Assembly (NCBI GenBank): GCA_963708295.1
Contig: CAVPSJ010000012.1
Span: forward strand, 1 to 64,000
Reading direction: 5' to 3'
Length of the DNA stretch: 64,000 nt
Source of the DNA: an uncultured delta proteobacterium
GTDB taxonomy: Bacteria; Desulfobacterota; BSN033; UBA1163
The notes below the pieces were generated by a model. The model was not told where the DNA came from and ran no database searches. It saw nothing but the letters and a program-made list of their open reading frames with translations. Below are positions 20,593 through 31,019 of this stretch, one piece after another (the stretch's first letter is position 1; every line of letters begins with the position of its first letter). The translations under genes were made by a program, and so were the position numbers.

Positions 20593-20748
20593 AAAATCGG
20601 AAGGATCAAGTAGTGGGATATTGTGCCTGGCTCTAAGATCTAGGGTGCGCTTCATATTAGACTTTTCGTCCATTATTTCGTGATTTCCTAATTATTTTTT
20701 TTCATAGGCTTATCAGTTTACGTTAAGTGGCACGATCGGGCTTGCCCT

Positions 20749-21213
20749 ATGGAGAATAGTGGAACAAAGTATTATCAAATCGGAGAGTTGGCAAACTTGT
20801 CGGAACTCAGCCCCCGGACGATCCGATACTATGAGGAAATTGGTCTCCTCAACTCCGCGAAAAGGATGGAAGGGGGAAAAAGGATCTATACCGATAAGGA
20901 CTTTCAGCGTTTGAGATTTATTGCAAGGCTAAAGCATCTCGGGCTGACCCTTTCAGAAATGCTTGAACTGGAGGATATGTACAAAATCCATCGGACAAAT
21001 CGAAAAGTGTTGCCCCGGCTGATGGAGCTACTGGACACCCACGCGATCAAGATTGACAAACGGATTAACAGTCTCAATAAATTAAGGGCGGATATCCTGA
21101 GCTACCAAGATAAAATCCGTCAAAAATTAAGCATGGATGAGGAACTTCAGAAAGGAGCAGAAACCCATGACAGAGGTCGTGATCACGAGCGCCGTCCGGA
21201 CAGCCATAGGTAA
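20749..21213 (+). CDS. MerR-family transcriptional regulator (LiuR-like context)
   Basis: YQIGELA..SPRTIRYYEEIGLL..R.Y..LGLTLSEM. Confidence 0.88.
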   Translation: MENSGTKYYQIGELANLSELSPRTIRYYEEIGLLNSAKRMEGGKRIYTDKDFQRLRFIARLKHLGLTLSEMLELEDMYKIHRTNRKVLPRLMELLDTHAIKIDKRINSLNKLRADILSYQDKIRQKLSMDEELQKGAETHDRGRDHERRPDSHR

Positions 21214-22345
21214 TTTTTTCGGTGCATTAAGTCCCTTCAGTGCGACGGAATTAGGAGGCAAAGTGATTGAGGAAGCCGTGCGGCGATCAAAGATCCAAAA
21301 AAAGGATGTGGATGAAGTGATCATGGGCAATGTCCTCCCCTTTGGATTGGGGCAGAATCCGGCCCGGCAGGCAATGATCAAGGCAGGTCTTCCGATGTCC
21401 GGTGGAGCCATCACGGTGAACAAGGTCTGCGGCTCCGGGCTGAAAGCGGTAATGCTGGCCGCTCAAGCGATCCTTGCAGGGGATGCGGAGGTGATCGTTG
21501 CCGGCGGAATGGAGAATATGAGCCGGGTTCCCTATTACCTGGAAAACGCAAGGACGGGATACCGGCTGTGGGACGGCAAGCTGGTGGACGGTATGGTCCA
21601 TGACGGTCTCTGGGACGTGGTCAATGATTATCACATGGGATACACCGCTGAGATCCAATCCGTAAAGTTCGACATCAGCCGCGAAGAACAGGACCAGTTT
21701 GCCTACGAATCGAACCACAGATCGATGAAAGCCATTCGGGAGGGAAAGTTCAAGGAGGAAATCCTCCCTCTTTCGATCCCTGTCAAGAAGGGCGAACCGA
21801 CCGTCTTCGATACGGACGAGGGCCCCCGGGAAACGGATCTTAAATCCATGGCCAAATTGAAATCTGTCTTCAAGGAGGGCGGCGTCGTCACCGCGGCCAA
21901 TTCTTCCAAGATTAGCGATGGAGCCAGCGCCCTCGTGTTGATGTCAAAGGAAAAGGCCCGGTCATTAGGCATCAAGCCCATGGCGACGGTCGGAGCTCAG
22001 GCGGCCGCAGGGGTGGAATTGGAGGACGTGCTGGTCGCCCCTCTTCAGTCCATTCCAAAGTGTCTCAAGAAAGCAGGCCTTTCGCTCAAGGAGATTGACC
22101 TGTTCGAAATCAACGAGGCCTTCTCTGCGACGACGGTAGCCATCTTCAAAACCCTCGGAATCGACAGAGAGAGGGTCAATGTCAACGGCGGCGCGGTGGC
22201 CATCGGCCATCCCATCGGAGCCAGCGGTGCAAGGGTCCTCACCACCCTCCTCTATGCCATGAAGGACCGAGGAGTCAAAAGAGGAATGGCCTCTCTCTGT
22301 CTGGGGGGTGCGGAGGCTGTCAGTTTGATTGTAGAACAAATATAA
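21167..22345 (+). CDS. atoB: Acetyl-CoA C-acetyltransferase (thiolase)
   Basis: NKVCGSG, NEAF, GHPIGASG, SLCLGG. Confidence 0.93.
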   Translation: MTEVVITSAVRTAIGNFFGALSPFSATELGGKVIEEAVRRSKIQKKDVDEVIMGNVLPFGLGQNPARQAMIKAGLPMSGGAITVNKVCGSGLKAVMLAAQAILAGDAEVIVAGGMENMSRVPYYLENARTGYRLWDGKLVDGMVHDGLWDVVNDYHMGYTAEIQSVKFDISREEQDQFAYESNHRSMKAIREGKFKEEILPLSIPVKKGEPTVFDTDEGPRETDLKSMAKLKSVFKEGGVVTAANSSKISDGASALVLMSKEKARSLGIKPMATVGAQAAAGVELEDVLVAPLQSIPKCLKKAGLSLKEIDLFEINEAFSATTVAIFKTLGIDRERVNVNGGAVAIGHPIGASGARVLTTLLYAMKDRGVKRGMASLCLGGAEAVSLIVEQI

Positions 22346-22454
22346 AAAATCAATGCAAATTGCAAAGTTAGCAGTGCAAAGTTAGCATTGAAAAAACCGC
22401 TATCTTTCATTGTTAATTGCTAATTTTACAATGCTAATTTTGCAATGAGTTTTT
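22346..22454. repeat. Empty family-A inverted heptamer cassette
   Basis: AAAATC AATGCAA ATTGCAA AGTTAGC AGTGCAA AGTTAGC ... GCTAATT TTACAAT GCTAATT TTGCAAT GAGTTTT. Confidence 0.85.
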
Positions 22455-22469
22455 CTGAAGGGAGGTTTT

Positions 22470-23318
22470 ATGGAGATCAAGACAATCGGTGTCGTGGGAG
22501 CGGGGCAGATGGGAAACGGAATCGTTCAAGTGGCTGCCCAATCTGGGTTTTCGGTGGTCATGAGTGATATTGCGGACTCTTTCGTCCAAAAGGGACTCGG
22601 TGCCATTTCCAAAAATTTGGGAAAAATGGTGGAGAAGGGAAAGATGGTTCCCCAGAAGAAGGAAGAGATCATGGGAAGGATTAAAGGCACGATTCAGGTG
22701 AAGGATATGGCGGAGGCCGATTTCGTGGTGGAGGCAGCCACGGAGAATGAGTCCCTGAAGCTATCTATCTTCAAGGAATTGGACCAGGTTTGTCGAAAAG
22801 AGATCATTTTATCCAGCAATACGTCTTCCATCTCCATCACCAAGATCGCCTCGGCGACGCAAAGACCTTCAAAGGTGATCGGCATGCACTTCATGAACCC
22901 AGTACCGGTCATGCAGCTTGTTGAGATCATACGGGGATTACAGACGTCTCAGGAAACCTTCGATACGGTGAAATCCTTGTCCGAGAAGATGGGGAAGACC
23001 CCTGTCGAAGCCAATGACTTTCCGGGTTTCATCGCAAATCGAATTCTCATGCCCATGATTAATGAGGCGATTTACACTCTTTTTGAAGGGGTCGGAACAC
23101 CGGAAGCCATTGATACCGTCATGAAGTTAGGGATGAATCATCCGATGGGACCATTGACACTGGCAGACCTGATCGGTCTGGACACTTGCTTAGCCATTAT
23201 GGAGGTCCTGTATAAGGGGTTGGGGGATTCCAAATATCGGCCCTGCCCTCTTCTCAAGAAATACGTCGATGCGGGCTATCTCGGCAGAAAAACAGGGAGA
23301 GGATTCTACAAATACTAA
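22470..23318 (+). CDS. hbd: 3-hydroxybutyryl-CoA dehydrogenase
   Basis: [38 protein letters not shown]. Confidence 0.95.
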   Translation: MEIKTIGVVGAGQMGNGIVQVAAQSGFSVVMSDIADSFVQKGLGAISKNLGKMVEKGKMVPQKKEEIMGRIKGTIQVKDMAEADFVVEAATENESLKLSIFKELDQVCRKEIILSSNTSSISITKIASATQRPSKVIGMHFMNPVPVMQLVEIIRGLQTSQETFDTVKSLSEKMGKTPVEANDFPGFIANRILMPMINEAIYTLFEGVGTPEAIDTVMKLGMNHPMGPLTLADLIGLDTCLAIMEVLYKGLGDSKYRPCPLLKKYVDAGYLGRKTGRGFYKY

Positions 23319-23417
23319 AATGCAAATTCGAAGCACAAAATCTTAAACGAGAAAGAGAGAAATTGGATTATTAGGATTTAGGATTTGTTTCGAGTTTCGA
23401 TATTCGAATTTCGGATT
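23319..23417. repeat. Inverted heptamer cassette, family B (CGAAGCACGAAATC / TTCGATATTCGGATT)
   Basis: AAATTCGAAGCACAAAATC ... GGATTTAGGATTTGTTTCGAGTTTCGATATTCGAATTTCGGATT. Confidence 0.75.
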
Positions 23418-23430
23418 GTTGGGTTTCCAG

Positions 23431-24576
23431 ATGGATTTCAGGCTGACTTCGGAACAAGAGATGATCCGGGATATGGTGCGAGATTTTACGGAAAGGAGCA
23501 TCAAACCCGTTGCGGCCCGCCATGATGAAGAGAAACAGTTTCCGTATGAAAACCTGAAGAAAATGGCCCATCTCGGCCTCATGGGGATGAATATTCCCGC
23601 TGAATTCGGCGGATCTGAGGTCGGAGTGGTCGCCTACAGCCTGGCCATCACGGAGATTGCAAAGGGTTGTGCCTCCCATGCGGTCACCACCTCGGTGACC
23701 AACATGGTCGCTGAAGTGATTTATGAATTCGGACGAGACGAGATAAGGCGAAAGCACGTCCCGAAGCTTTGCAGCGGCGAATACCCGGCGGGTGCTTTCG
23801 CCATCACAGAGCCCCATGCGGGGTCGGACGCCGGTAATATTCGAACAACGGCCACTCGCCAGAAAAATAGGTATGTCCTGAACGGAAGCAAAACCCTGAT
23901 CACAAGCGGAGAGGCGTCACGAGTCATCGTCACCTGGGCGGTGACGGACCCGGGCGCAAAGAAAGGAAAAGGAATCAGCGCCTTCGCCGTAGAGAAGGAA
24001 ACACCGGGGTTCAAGATTGGAAAAGCTGAAGATAAGATGGGCCACCGGGCCTCGCAGACGAATGAATTAACATTCGACCATTGCAGCATCCCGGCCAACT
24101 TCCTCTTGGGGGAGGAAGGAGAAGGCTTTAAAATCGCGATGATGGAGCTGGATGGCGGAAGGATCGGTATCGCCTCCCTCGGGCTTGGCGTTGGATTTTC
24201 CGCTATTGATTTTGCAATAGGATATGTTAAAGAAAGAGAGGCTTTCGGCAAACCCCTTTCGAGCTTTGAGGCTATTCAATGGATGATCGCCGATTCATAT
24301 ACCGAATTGGAAGCCGCCCAACTTCTGGTGCTACGCGCCGCCTACCTGAAAGAAACCCGTCAACCTTTTACAAAAGAAGCTTCAATGGCCAAGCTCTTTG
24401 CCACAGAGACGGCAAGGAATGTGGCGATCCGATCCGTTCAGATGCTGGGCGGATATGGCTACACGAAAGACTATCCGGTCGAACGTTACCTCAGGGATAT
24501 TATCGGAACCACTCTCTACGAAGGGACTTCTGAAGTTCAGCGGATTGTGATCTCGAGAGAGATACTGAATCGATAA
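23431..24576 (+). CDS. Acyl-CoA dehydrogenase
   Basis: FAITEPHAGSD, LNGSK, GGRIGIA, LGGYGY, YEGTSEVQR. Confidence 0.95.
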   Translation: MDFRLTSEQEMIRDMVRDFTERSIKPVAARHDEEKQFPYENLKKMAHLGLMGMNIPAEFGGSEVGVVAYSLAITEIAKGCASHAVTTSVTNMVAEVIYEFGRDEIRRKHVPKLCSGEYPAGAFAITEPHAGSDAGNIRTTATRQKNRYVLNGSKTLITSGEASRVIVTWAVTDPGAKKGKGISAFAVEKETPGFKIGKAEDKMGHRASQTNELTFDHCSIPANFLLGEEGEGFKIAMMELDGGRIGIASLGLGVGFSAIDFAIGYVKEREAFGKPLSSFEAIQWMIADSYTELEAAQLLVLRAAYLKETRQPFTKEASMAKLFATETARNVAIRSVQMLGGYGYTKDYPVERYLRDIIGTTLYEGTSEVQRIVISREILNR

Positions 24577-24625
24577 TGGAGAGTGATGAAAAAGTCGAGT
24601 TTCGAATGTGGGAAAGCCGTGTAAC

Positions 24626-24762
24626 AAAATTCGAAGCACGAAATCCGAAATTCGAGACAATTCTCAAATGACCAAAACACAACACTCTAGATCGGAGAAA
24701 TAAAGTTTTGGTAATTCGAATTTTGGATGTGCTTCGGGTTTCGATATTCGGATTTAGAATTT
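24626..24762. repeat. Inverted heptamer cassette, family B
   Basis: AAATTCGAAGCACGAAATCCGAAATTCGAGAC ... GCTTCGGGTTTCGATATTCGGATTTAGAATTT. Confidence 0.8.
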
Positions 24763-24783
24763 CTTATCCGGAGGATAAGGGGT

Positions 24784-25932
24784 ATGGAGTCATCGGAACA
24801 AACATGGGCTTCCAGATTTGACCTTTACGGTTGTTTCCAGTGCGGAAAATGCACCGGGGGATGTCCTGTTTCCCTCAAATCAAAATTGAACATTCGCAGG
24901 CTGATGATCGAAGGGATTCTGGGAAAGAACCTTGAACACATTTCGGAGCGGGAAGAGCTCTGGGATTGTACGACGTGCAAAACCTGTACGATCCGGTGCC
25001 CCCGTGGGTTAAAACCAATGGATCTCGTCATTGGGATGAGAGGGACACTGGTCGAAGAAGGCCATATCCCCAAAACCATCATCGATGCTATGGAAAGCGT
25101 CTACAAACACGGAAACCCCTGGGGAAAGCAGAAAAACAAAAGGACGGAATGGATAAAAACTCTTCCCGAGGATTTCAAGGTCAAGGATTTCTCCCAGGGA
25201 GATCACGCGGACTATCTCTATTTTGCAGGTTGCACGGCTTCCTTTGATCCGCGAATCCAAGAAGTCGCCAAGGCGCTCGTCTTCGGCCTCCAGCGTGCAG
25301 GGGTCGATTTCGGAATTCTCGGAAATGAGGAACAATGCTGCGGAAATGAGATCCGGAGGATGGGGGAATCGGGCCTTTTCGAGGAACTGGTGGAGGGGAA
25401 CATTCAACGGTTCGACCGCTATGGGATTGAACATGTCATCACCATGTGCCCTCATGGTTTCAATGCCCTGAAGAATGAATATCCTCAAGGAAAGTTTGAG
25501 GTCCTTCATACGACACAACTCCTAGCGAAATGTTTGGAGGAAGGAAGGCTGCCCCTGACGAAGGAGCTCAAGAAAGTGGTGACCTATCATGACCCTTGTT
25601 TCCTGGGCAAACAGAATAACGTCTTCGACGAACCCCGGGCGCTCCTTCATGCCATCCCCGGCCTGACCTTCAGGGAATTAGATCGTTCCCGGGAGAGGAG
25701 CCTCTGCTGTGAAGGAGGGGGTGGAAGGATGTGGGTGGAATCTTCCTCCGAAGGGGGGCAGCGTCTCGCTGAAGTTCGGATCCAGGACGCCGTGGAGCTG
25801 GGCGCAGAGATCATCACGACGGCCTGTCCATTCTGCGTCCTGACCCTGGAGGATGCGGTCAAAACCTCCGGCCACGAAGAAAAAATCAAGGTCATGGATG
25901 TGATGGAATTGTTGGCGGAGGCGCTGGAATAA
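24784..25932 (+). CDS. Soluble HdrD/GlpC-like Fe-S protein (2x[4Fe-4S] + two CCG domains)
   Basis: CFQCGKCTGGCP, CTTCKTCTIRCP, EQCCG, YHDPC, CCEGGGG, TACPFC. No transmembrane segment. Confidence 0.9.
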   Translation: MESSEQTWASRFDLYGCFQCGKCTGGCPVSLKSKLNIRRLMIEGILGKNLEHISEREELWDCTTCKTCTIRCPRGLKPMDLVIGMRGTLVEEGHIPKTIIDAMESVYKHGNPWGKQKNKRTEWIKTLPEDFKVKDFSQGDHADYLYFAGCTASFDPRIQEVAKALVFGLQRAGVDFGILGNEEQCCGNEIRRMGESGLFEELVEGNIQRFDRYGIEHVITMCPHGFNALKNEYPQGKFEVLHTTQLLAKCLEEGRLPLTKELKKVVTYHDPCFLGKQNNVFDEPRALLHAIPGLTFRELDRSRERSLCCEGGGGRMWVESSSEGGQRLAEVRIQDAVELGAEIITTACPFCVLTLEDAVKTSGHEEKIKVMDVMELLAEALE

Positions 25933-25933
25933 G

Positions 25934-26413
25934 ATGAGATGGGTTGAATCGATCACCAAAGAGGAATGGGAAAAGATTGATCAAGTGATCGCCAGGTACC
26001 GAGGAAGGCACGGGGCCTTGATCCCGGCATTAAAGGAAACTCAGGAGATCTGCGGATACCTTCCCAAAAATGTCCAGCACCGCATTGCGGAAGGGTTGAA
26101 CCTCTCGGCTTCACAGATCTACGGGGTGGTTTCGTTTTACGCTTTTTTTACCACCATCCCAAGAGGCAAGCACATCATTCGGGTCTGTCTGGGAACGGCC
26201 TGCTACGTCAAAGGAAGCAAACAGATCCTCGATCAGCTCGAAAAAGAACTGGATGTCAAGGTCGGAGGGATTACAAAAGATCGAACCTTCTCTCTCGAGG
26301 CGGTCCGGTGCCTGGGTTGTTGTAGCCTGGCCCCGGCCATTGTGATCGATCATGACACGCATGCCCTGGTGGACCCTGCGGAGGCCATCCGGATTGTCAG
26401 GTCATATGGTTAA
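25934..26413 (+). CDS. NuoE/HydC-like [2Fe-2S] subunit
   Basis: VCLGTACYVKG, VRCLGCCSLAP. Confidence 0.92.
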   Translation: MRWVESITKEEWEKIDQVIARYRGRHGALIPALKETQEICGYLPKNVQHRIAEGLNLSASQIYGVVSFYAFFTTIPRGKHIIRVCLGTACYVKGSKQILDQLEKELDVKVGGITKDRTFSLEAVRCLGCCSLAPAIVIDHDTHALVDPAEAIRIVRSYG

Positions 26414-26416
26414 CCG

Positions 26417-28294
26417 ATGCAAGTATTGAAATTGGAGAATTTACAGAGGATCAAAGAAGGAACTCTTTCCGATCTCTCTCTCCAAAAGGGAGGGTATCGA
26501 GCCAAGATCAATTTCCATATGGGAACTTGCGGAATCGCTGGGGGCGCTGAGAAGCTTCTTTCCCTGGTCCTCCGGAAGATGGGAGAGACAGGAATTCAGA
26601 ACATCAAGCTCATCCATTCCGGTTGTGCAGGCCTTTGCAGTCGGGAACCGATGATAACGATCGAATCCTACGGATTGCCTCCGGTAAAATACTGTGACCT
26701 TGATGAAGAAAAGACCCGGGAAATCTTCGACCGCCACATTGTCAACGGAGAAATCGCCGCCCCTTATGCTCTCGCTCTTGATGACGGGGAGACTTCCAAA
26801 CTTTCTGCATCTATCCCGAGGTTGGATGAGATCCCTTTTTTCAAACACCAAACCCTCTGGGCGTTGCGGAATAGAGGTCTCGTCGATACGGAGAATATTG
26901 ACGAATCCATCGCGAGAGATGCTTACTTTGGATTAGCCAAGGTCCTGTCATCCATGACCCCGGAGCAGGTGATTGCCGAAGTAAAAACCTCCGGATTGAG
27001 AGGTCGCGGAGGAGCGGGGTTTCCAACAGGTTCAAAGTGGGAGGAAGGAAGGCGGTATGCTTCTTTCCCCAAATACGTCATTTGCAATGGCGATGAAGGA
27101 GACCCCGGCGCCTTCATGGATCGTTCCGTTTTGGAATCAGACCCCCATGCCGTTTTGGAGGGAATGATCATTTGCGGTTATGCCATCGATGCTCATCAGG
27201 GGTATATCTATGTGAGAGCAGAGTACCCCCTGGCCATTCAACGGCTCAACATTGCCATTGAAAAGGCCAGAAACTACGGGCTTCTGGGAAAGAATATCCT
27301 AGGCTCGGGCTTCGACTTCGATATCGGTATCTATCCGGGTGCCGGGGCTTTCGTGTGCGGAGAATCGACTGCTTTGATGTACTCCCTGGAAGGAAAGAGG
27401 GGGATGCCCCGAATTAAACCGCCTCGGTCTACGGAGGCCGGTCTCTGGGGACAGCCAACCGTTCTGAATAATGTGGAAACCTTTGCCAACGTTCCGGCCA
27501 TCCTTCGAAACGGAGGGAAATGGTTCGCCGAAATTGGAACCAAGGGATCAAAGGGGACAAAGGTCTTTGCCCTGGCCGGCTCGGTAAAAAATGTCGGCTT
27601 GGTCGAAGTCCCCATGGGGACGACTCTCCGGACGATCGTCTTTGACATCGGAGGCGGCGTGTCCGGAGATAGGGAATTTAAGGCGGTCCAGATCGGCGGT
27701 CCCTCCGGAGCCTGTCTCCCCGATTCCCTGCTCGATACGGAGGTCGATTTTGATTCCCTCGATGAGGCCGGGGCGATGATGGGCTCGGGCGGTCTCGTTG
27801 TGATGAACGACTCCACCTGCATGGTCGATACGGCACGATTCTTCACTGACTTTTCTGTCGATGAATCCTGTGGAAAATGCGTCCCTTGTAGGGTCGGAAT
27901 GAAGGTGATGCTCAACATCCTGAACCGCATTGTCACCGGAAAGGGAGAAACGGAAGATATCGGGCGACTGGAGAGACTGGGTCAGCATATTAAAGACACC
28001 TCCCACTGCGGATTGGGGAAGACCGCGCCGAATCCTGTTCTTTCGACGATTCGCTACTTTCGGAATGAATATGAAGCACACATTCAGGACAAACGCTGCC
28101 CTGCCCTGGTCTGTGTGGATCTGATTCAGTTTCGGGTCGATGCAGAAAAATGTAAGAAGTGTGGCCTCTGCAAGAAGGCCTGTCCGGCGGACGCGATCAC
28201 CTGGGAGAAAAAGGCCCCGGCGGCCATTCACTTGGAAAAGTGCATCCGGTGTCGGTCTTGTATCCAGGCGTGCAAATTCAGGGCGATCGAATAG
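26417..28294 (+). CDS. NuoF/HydB-like NADH-binding FMN subunit with N-terminal [2Fe-2S] and C-terminal 2x[4Fe-4S] (bifurcating type)
   Basis: GLRGRGGAGFPTG, NGDEGDPGAFMDR, ESCGKCVPCR, HCGLG, C-terminal ferredoxin motifs. Confidence 0.93.
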   Translation: MQVLKLENLQRIKEGTLSDLSLQKGGYRAKINFHMGTCGIAGGAEKLLSLVLRKMGETGIQNIKLIHSGCAGLCSREPMITIESYGLPPVKYCDLDEEKTREIFDRHIVNGEIAAPYALALDDGETSKLSASIPRLDEIPFFKHQTLWALRNRGLVDTENIDESIARDAYFGLAKVLSSMTPEQVIAEVKTSGLRGRGGAGFPTGSKWEEGRRYASFPKYVICNGDEGDPGAFMDRSVLESDPHAVLEGMIICGYAIDAHQGYIYVRAEYPLAIQRLNIAIEKARNYGLLGKNILGSGFDFDIGIYPGAGAFVCGESTALMYSLEGKRGMPRIKPPRSTEAGLWGQPTVLNNVETFANVPAILRNGGKWFAEIGTKGSKGTKVFALAGSVKNVGLVEVPMGTTLRTIVFDIGGGVSGDREFKAVQIGGPSGACLPDSLLDTEVDFDSLDEAGAMMGSGGLVVMNDSTCMVDTARFFTDFSVDESCGKCVPCRVGMKVMLNILNRIVTGKGETEDIGRLERLGQHIKDTSHCGLGKTAPNPVLSTIRYFRNEYEAHIQDKRCPALVCVDLIQFRVDAEKCKKCGLCKKACPADAITWEKKAPAAIHLEKCIRCRSCIQACKFRAIE

Positions 28295-28302
28295 AAGAAA
28301 TT

Positions 28303-28411
28303 ATGGAGTGTTGGAGTGATGGAGTAATGGAATGATGGAGCAACATAAAGACAAATGAAACGATAAAAAATTAAGCCCAACACTCCAGTACTCCAATACT
28401 CCATGACTCCA
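28303..28411. repeat. Inverted octamer cassette, family C (TGGAGTRW / WYACTCCA)
   Basis: TGGAGTGT TGGAGTGA TGGAGTAA TGGAATGA ... CCAACAC TCCAGTAC TCCAATAC TCCATGAC TCCA. Confidence 0.85.
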
Positions 28412-28428
28412 AGAAATTTGATTGAATC

Positions 28429-30965
28429 ATGGTGAACCAAATCAAACTGAAGATCGATGACATTGCTGTGGAGGTCGAAAAAGGGAGGACGATTCTCGAA
28501 GCTGCCCGGTCGGCCGGGGTTGGAATTCCCACTCTCTGCCATGATCGAAGGCTGATTCCCTTCGGCGCTTGCCGTCTCTGCGTTGTCCAGCAAAAGGGAA
28601 AATCAGAACTCCTGCCGGCCTGTTTCACTCCTGCGAAAGGCGGCATGGAAATCATCACCCATTCCGCTGAAATTTCAGAATCGAGAAAGCTTCAGCTCCA
28701 ATTCATCCTGCTCAACCATCCGATGATCTGTCCGAGGTGCGAGAGGGAAGGCGAATGCGCGCTCCAACGGTTGGTCTATGAATATGGCGTAGAAGAAACA
28801 CTTTACCCGTGGGAACGAACCTCTTTTCCGGGGGATGACCGCTCACCCCTTCTCCAGAGGGATTCGGATAAATGTATTCTCTGCGGCCGTTGCGTTCGAA
28901 TCTGCGACGAAATCCAGGGAGTGGGAGAGCTCGCTTTTTCAAAAAGAGGAATCAAAACGGTGATCGACACAGATTTTCATCGACCGTTGCAATGCGAATT
29001 TTGCGGTCAATGCATGGACACCTGCCCGGTAGGCGCGATCACCAGCAATCGTTTCGACTCGACGGTCAAGCCCTGGGAAATGGAGGAGACGACCACGCCG
29101 TGTCCCTATTGTGCATGCGGATGTTCCCTCACGATAGGCTCGAAGAATGGAGAGATAAGACGGGTCTTCTCCGATCCTGAGAAGGGTCCGAGTGATGGGA
29201 ACCTCTGCGTCAAAGGGCGCTTTGGATGGGACTTCGTGGACCATCCACAACGAATCAAGACGCCCCTTCTGAGAGTCAACGGAGCGTTCAAAGAAGCTTC
29301 CTGGGAAGAAGCTCTTCGATACGTCGCACAGAAACTTGAAACCATGAAAGATCAACATGGTCCCGAGTCGATTGCCACCATCGCCTCCAGCCGACTGACC
29401 AATGAGGAATACTATCTTCTCAACAAATTGTTCAGGAATGCGCTCGGAACAAATCAGATCGTTCAGAGCGGTGAGGAGACCACCCGCGGATTAACCGAAG
29501 GATTAGCAAAAACGCTTGGGATCGCGGCTTCGACCAACTCGATTCAAGAGATTCGAAATGCAGATTGCCTTCTGGTGATCGGCGTCGATCCGGCACAGAC
29601 ACATCCGATCATCAAGAACGAGATCCAGCTGGCCATCCGGCGGAACAGAGCCCAATTGATTGTGATCGGAAGCGAGGATATCAGCCTCACCCGGGCCACA
29701 TCGATCTCCCCACACCTCCCCCCATCCCTCCTGCTGCTCGATCAGCCGGATAAAGAAATACACTTCCTTAACGCCATGATCCAGACGATCTTCAAGGAAG
29801 GTCTCGAGGATAAGAAGTTCATCAACGAAAGAACAGAAGGAATAGAAGCGTTAAAGAAACAGATCTCTGAATGTCAACCTGAATTCTCCGAAAGGATAGG
29901 CGTCCGCAGAAACGAAATCGATAAAGCAGCCAGGGTCTTCGCACAATCCAAGAAGTCAATGATTCTGGTCGGATCGGGTCTCTGGTCACACCTCGACCCA
30001 AAGGCGGTCGCCCTGGCTTCCTCCAACCTCGCTCTGGTCACCGGCCACATCGGAAAGGAATCCAGCGGTATCCTCATCCTTTTAGAGAAATGCAACTCCC
30101 AGGGAGCCGTGGATATGGGGCTCTTTTCGGGGGGGAGGGGGACGGCAGAAAAGATCTCTACCAAAAAGCTCTGGAGGGAAAGCTAAAGGCACTTTATCTC
30201 ATCGGAGAGAATCCCTCTCTTTCTTCTCCTGCCTTTGGGAGAGAAGTCTTAGAAAAGGTCTCCTTGCTCATCGTCCAGGACCTTTTCATGACCGAAACCG
30301 CAGAGAAGGCCCATGTCATCCTCCCTGCATGTGCCTTTGTGGAAAAGGAAGGAACGTTTACAAATCTGGAGCGAAGAGTTCAAAAGGTGAGCCCCCTTCG
30401 CTCGGCCCTTGGCCAGTCAAAATCGGATTTTGATATTCTCCTTGCCCTCCTTCGCCTTGTTGAAAGCCCCGTTCCGGGAGAGACCCCGGAGGCGGTCTTC
30501 CAAGAGATTGGCCGCGTTCTTCCTCATTACCGGGGGATTCAAGACGGGGAGCAATGGCCACGCGGCTCTACTTACCTCTATGCGGATGGCTTCCCGATGG
30601 GAAAGGCAAAACTGGTGCCCGTCCATGGACGAACAACCCATGAAAACCCAGAAGACTACCCTTTCTACCTGATTCAAAGACCCTCTCTTTTCCAATCGGG
30701 TCTTCTCAGCTCGAAAAGCGATGCCTTGAAGACTGTTTCAGAAAAACCTTTCCTGGAAATGAATCTGGAAGATGCTCATCGTCTTAAGATTGAAGAGGGA
30801 GAACGGGCACAGGTATCGACCCCGCAAGGCCGATCTTTGCAAATGGAAGTGAAATATTCTTCAAACCTTGTTTCAGGGGTCGTCACCTCCCCTTATCCCT
30901 GTTCTCTCATCGAAGAGGAGGAAACTGCTTCGGTTAAAGTGACTCGGTTAAATAGGATGGAGTAG
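28429..30965 (+). CDS. NuoG/FdhA-like Fe-S + molybdopterin-oxidoreductase-fold subunit (one frameshift near 30130)
   Basis: IPTLC, GACRLC, HPMICPRC, CILCGRC, CEFCGQC, CPYCACGC, LCVKGRFG. ORFs 28429-30186 and 30090-30965 join across the G-runs at ~30129-30141. Confidence 0.85.
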
Positions 30966-31019
30966 TCCTTCTGTCCTTCTACCCGAGGAAGGGAAGGATT
31001 TTCGGAAAGGAGGAATGGA

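Noticed and set aside
20728-20747. sigma54 promoter TGGCACGATCGGGCTTGC
   Set aside because: GG-GC spacing is 12 rather than the strict 10.
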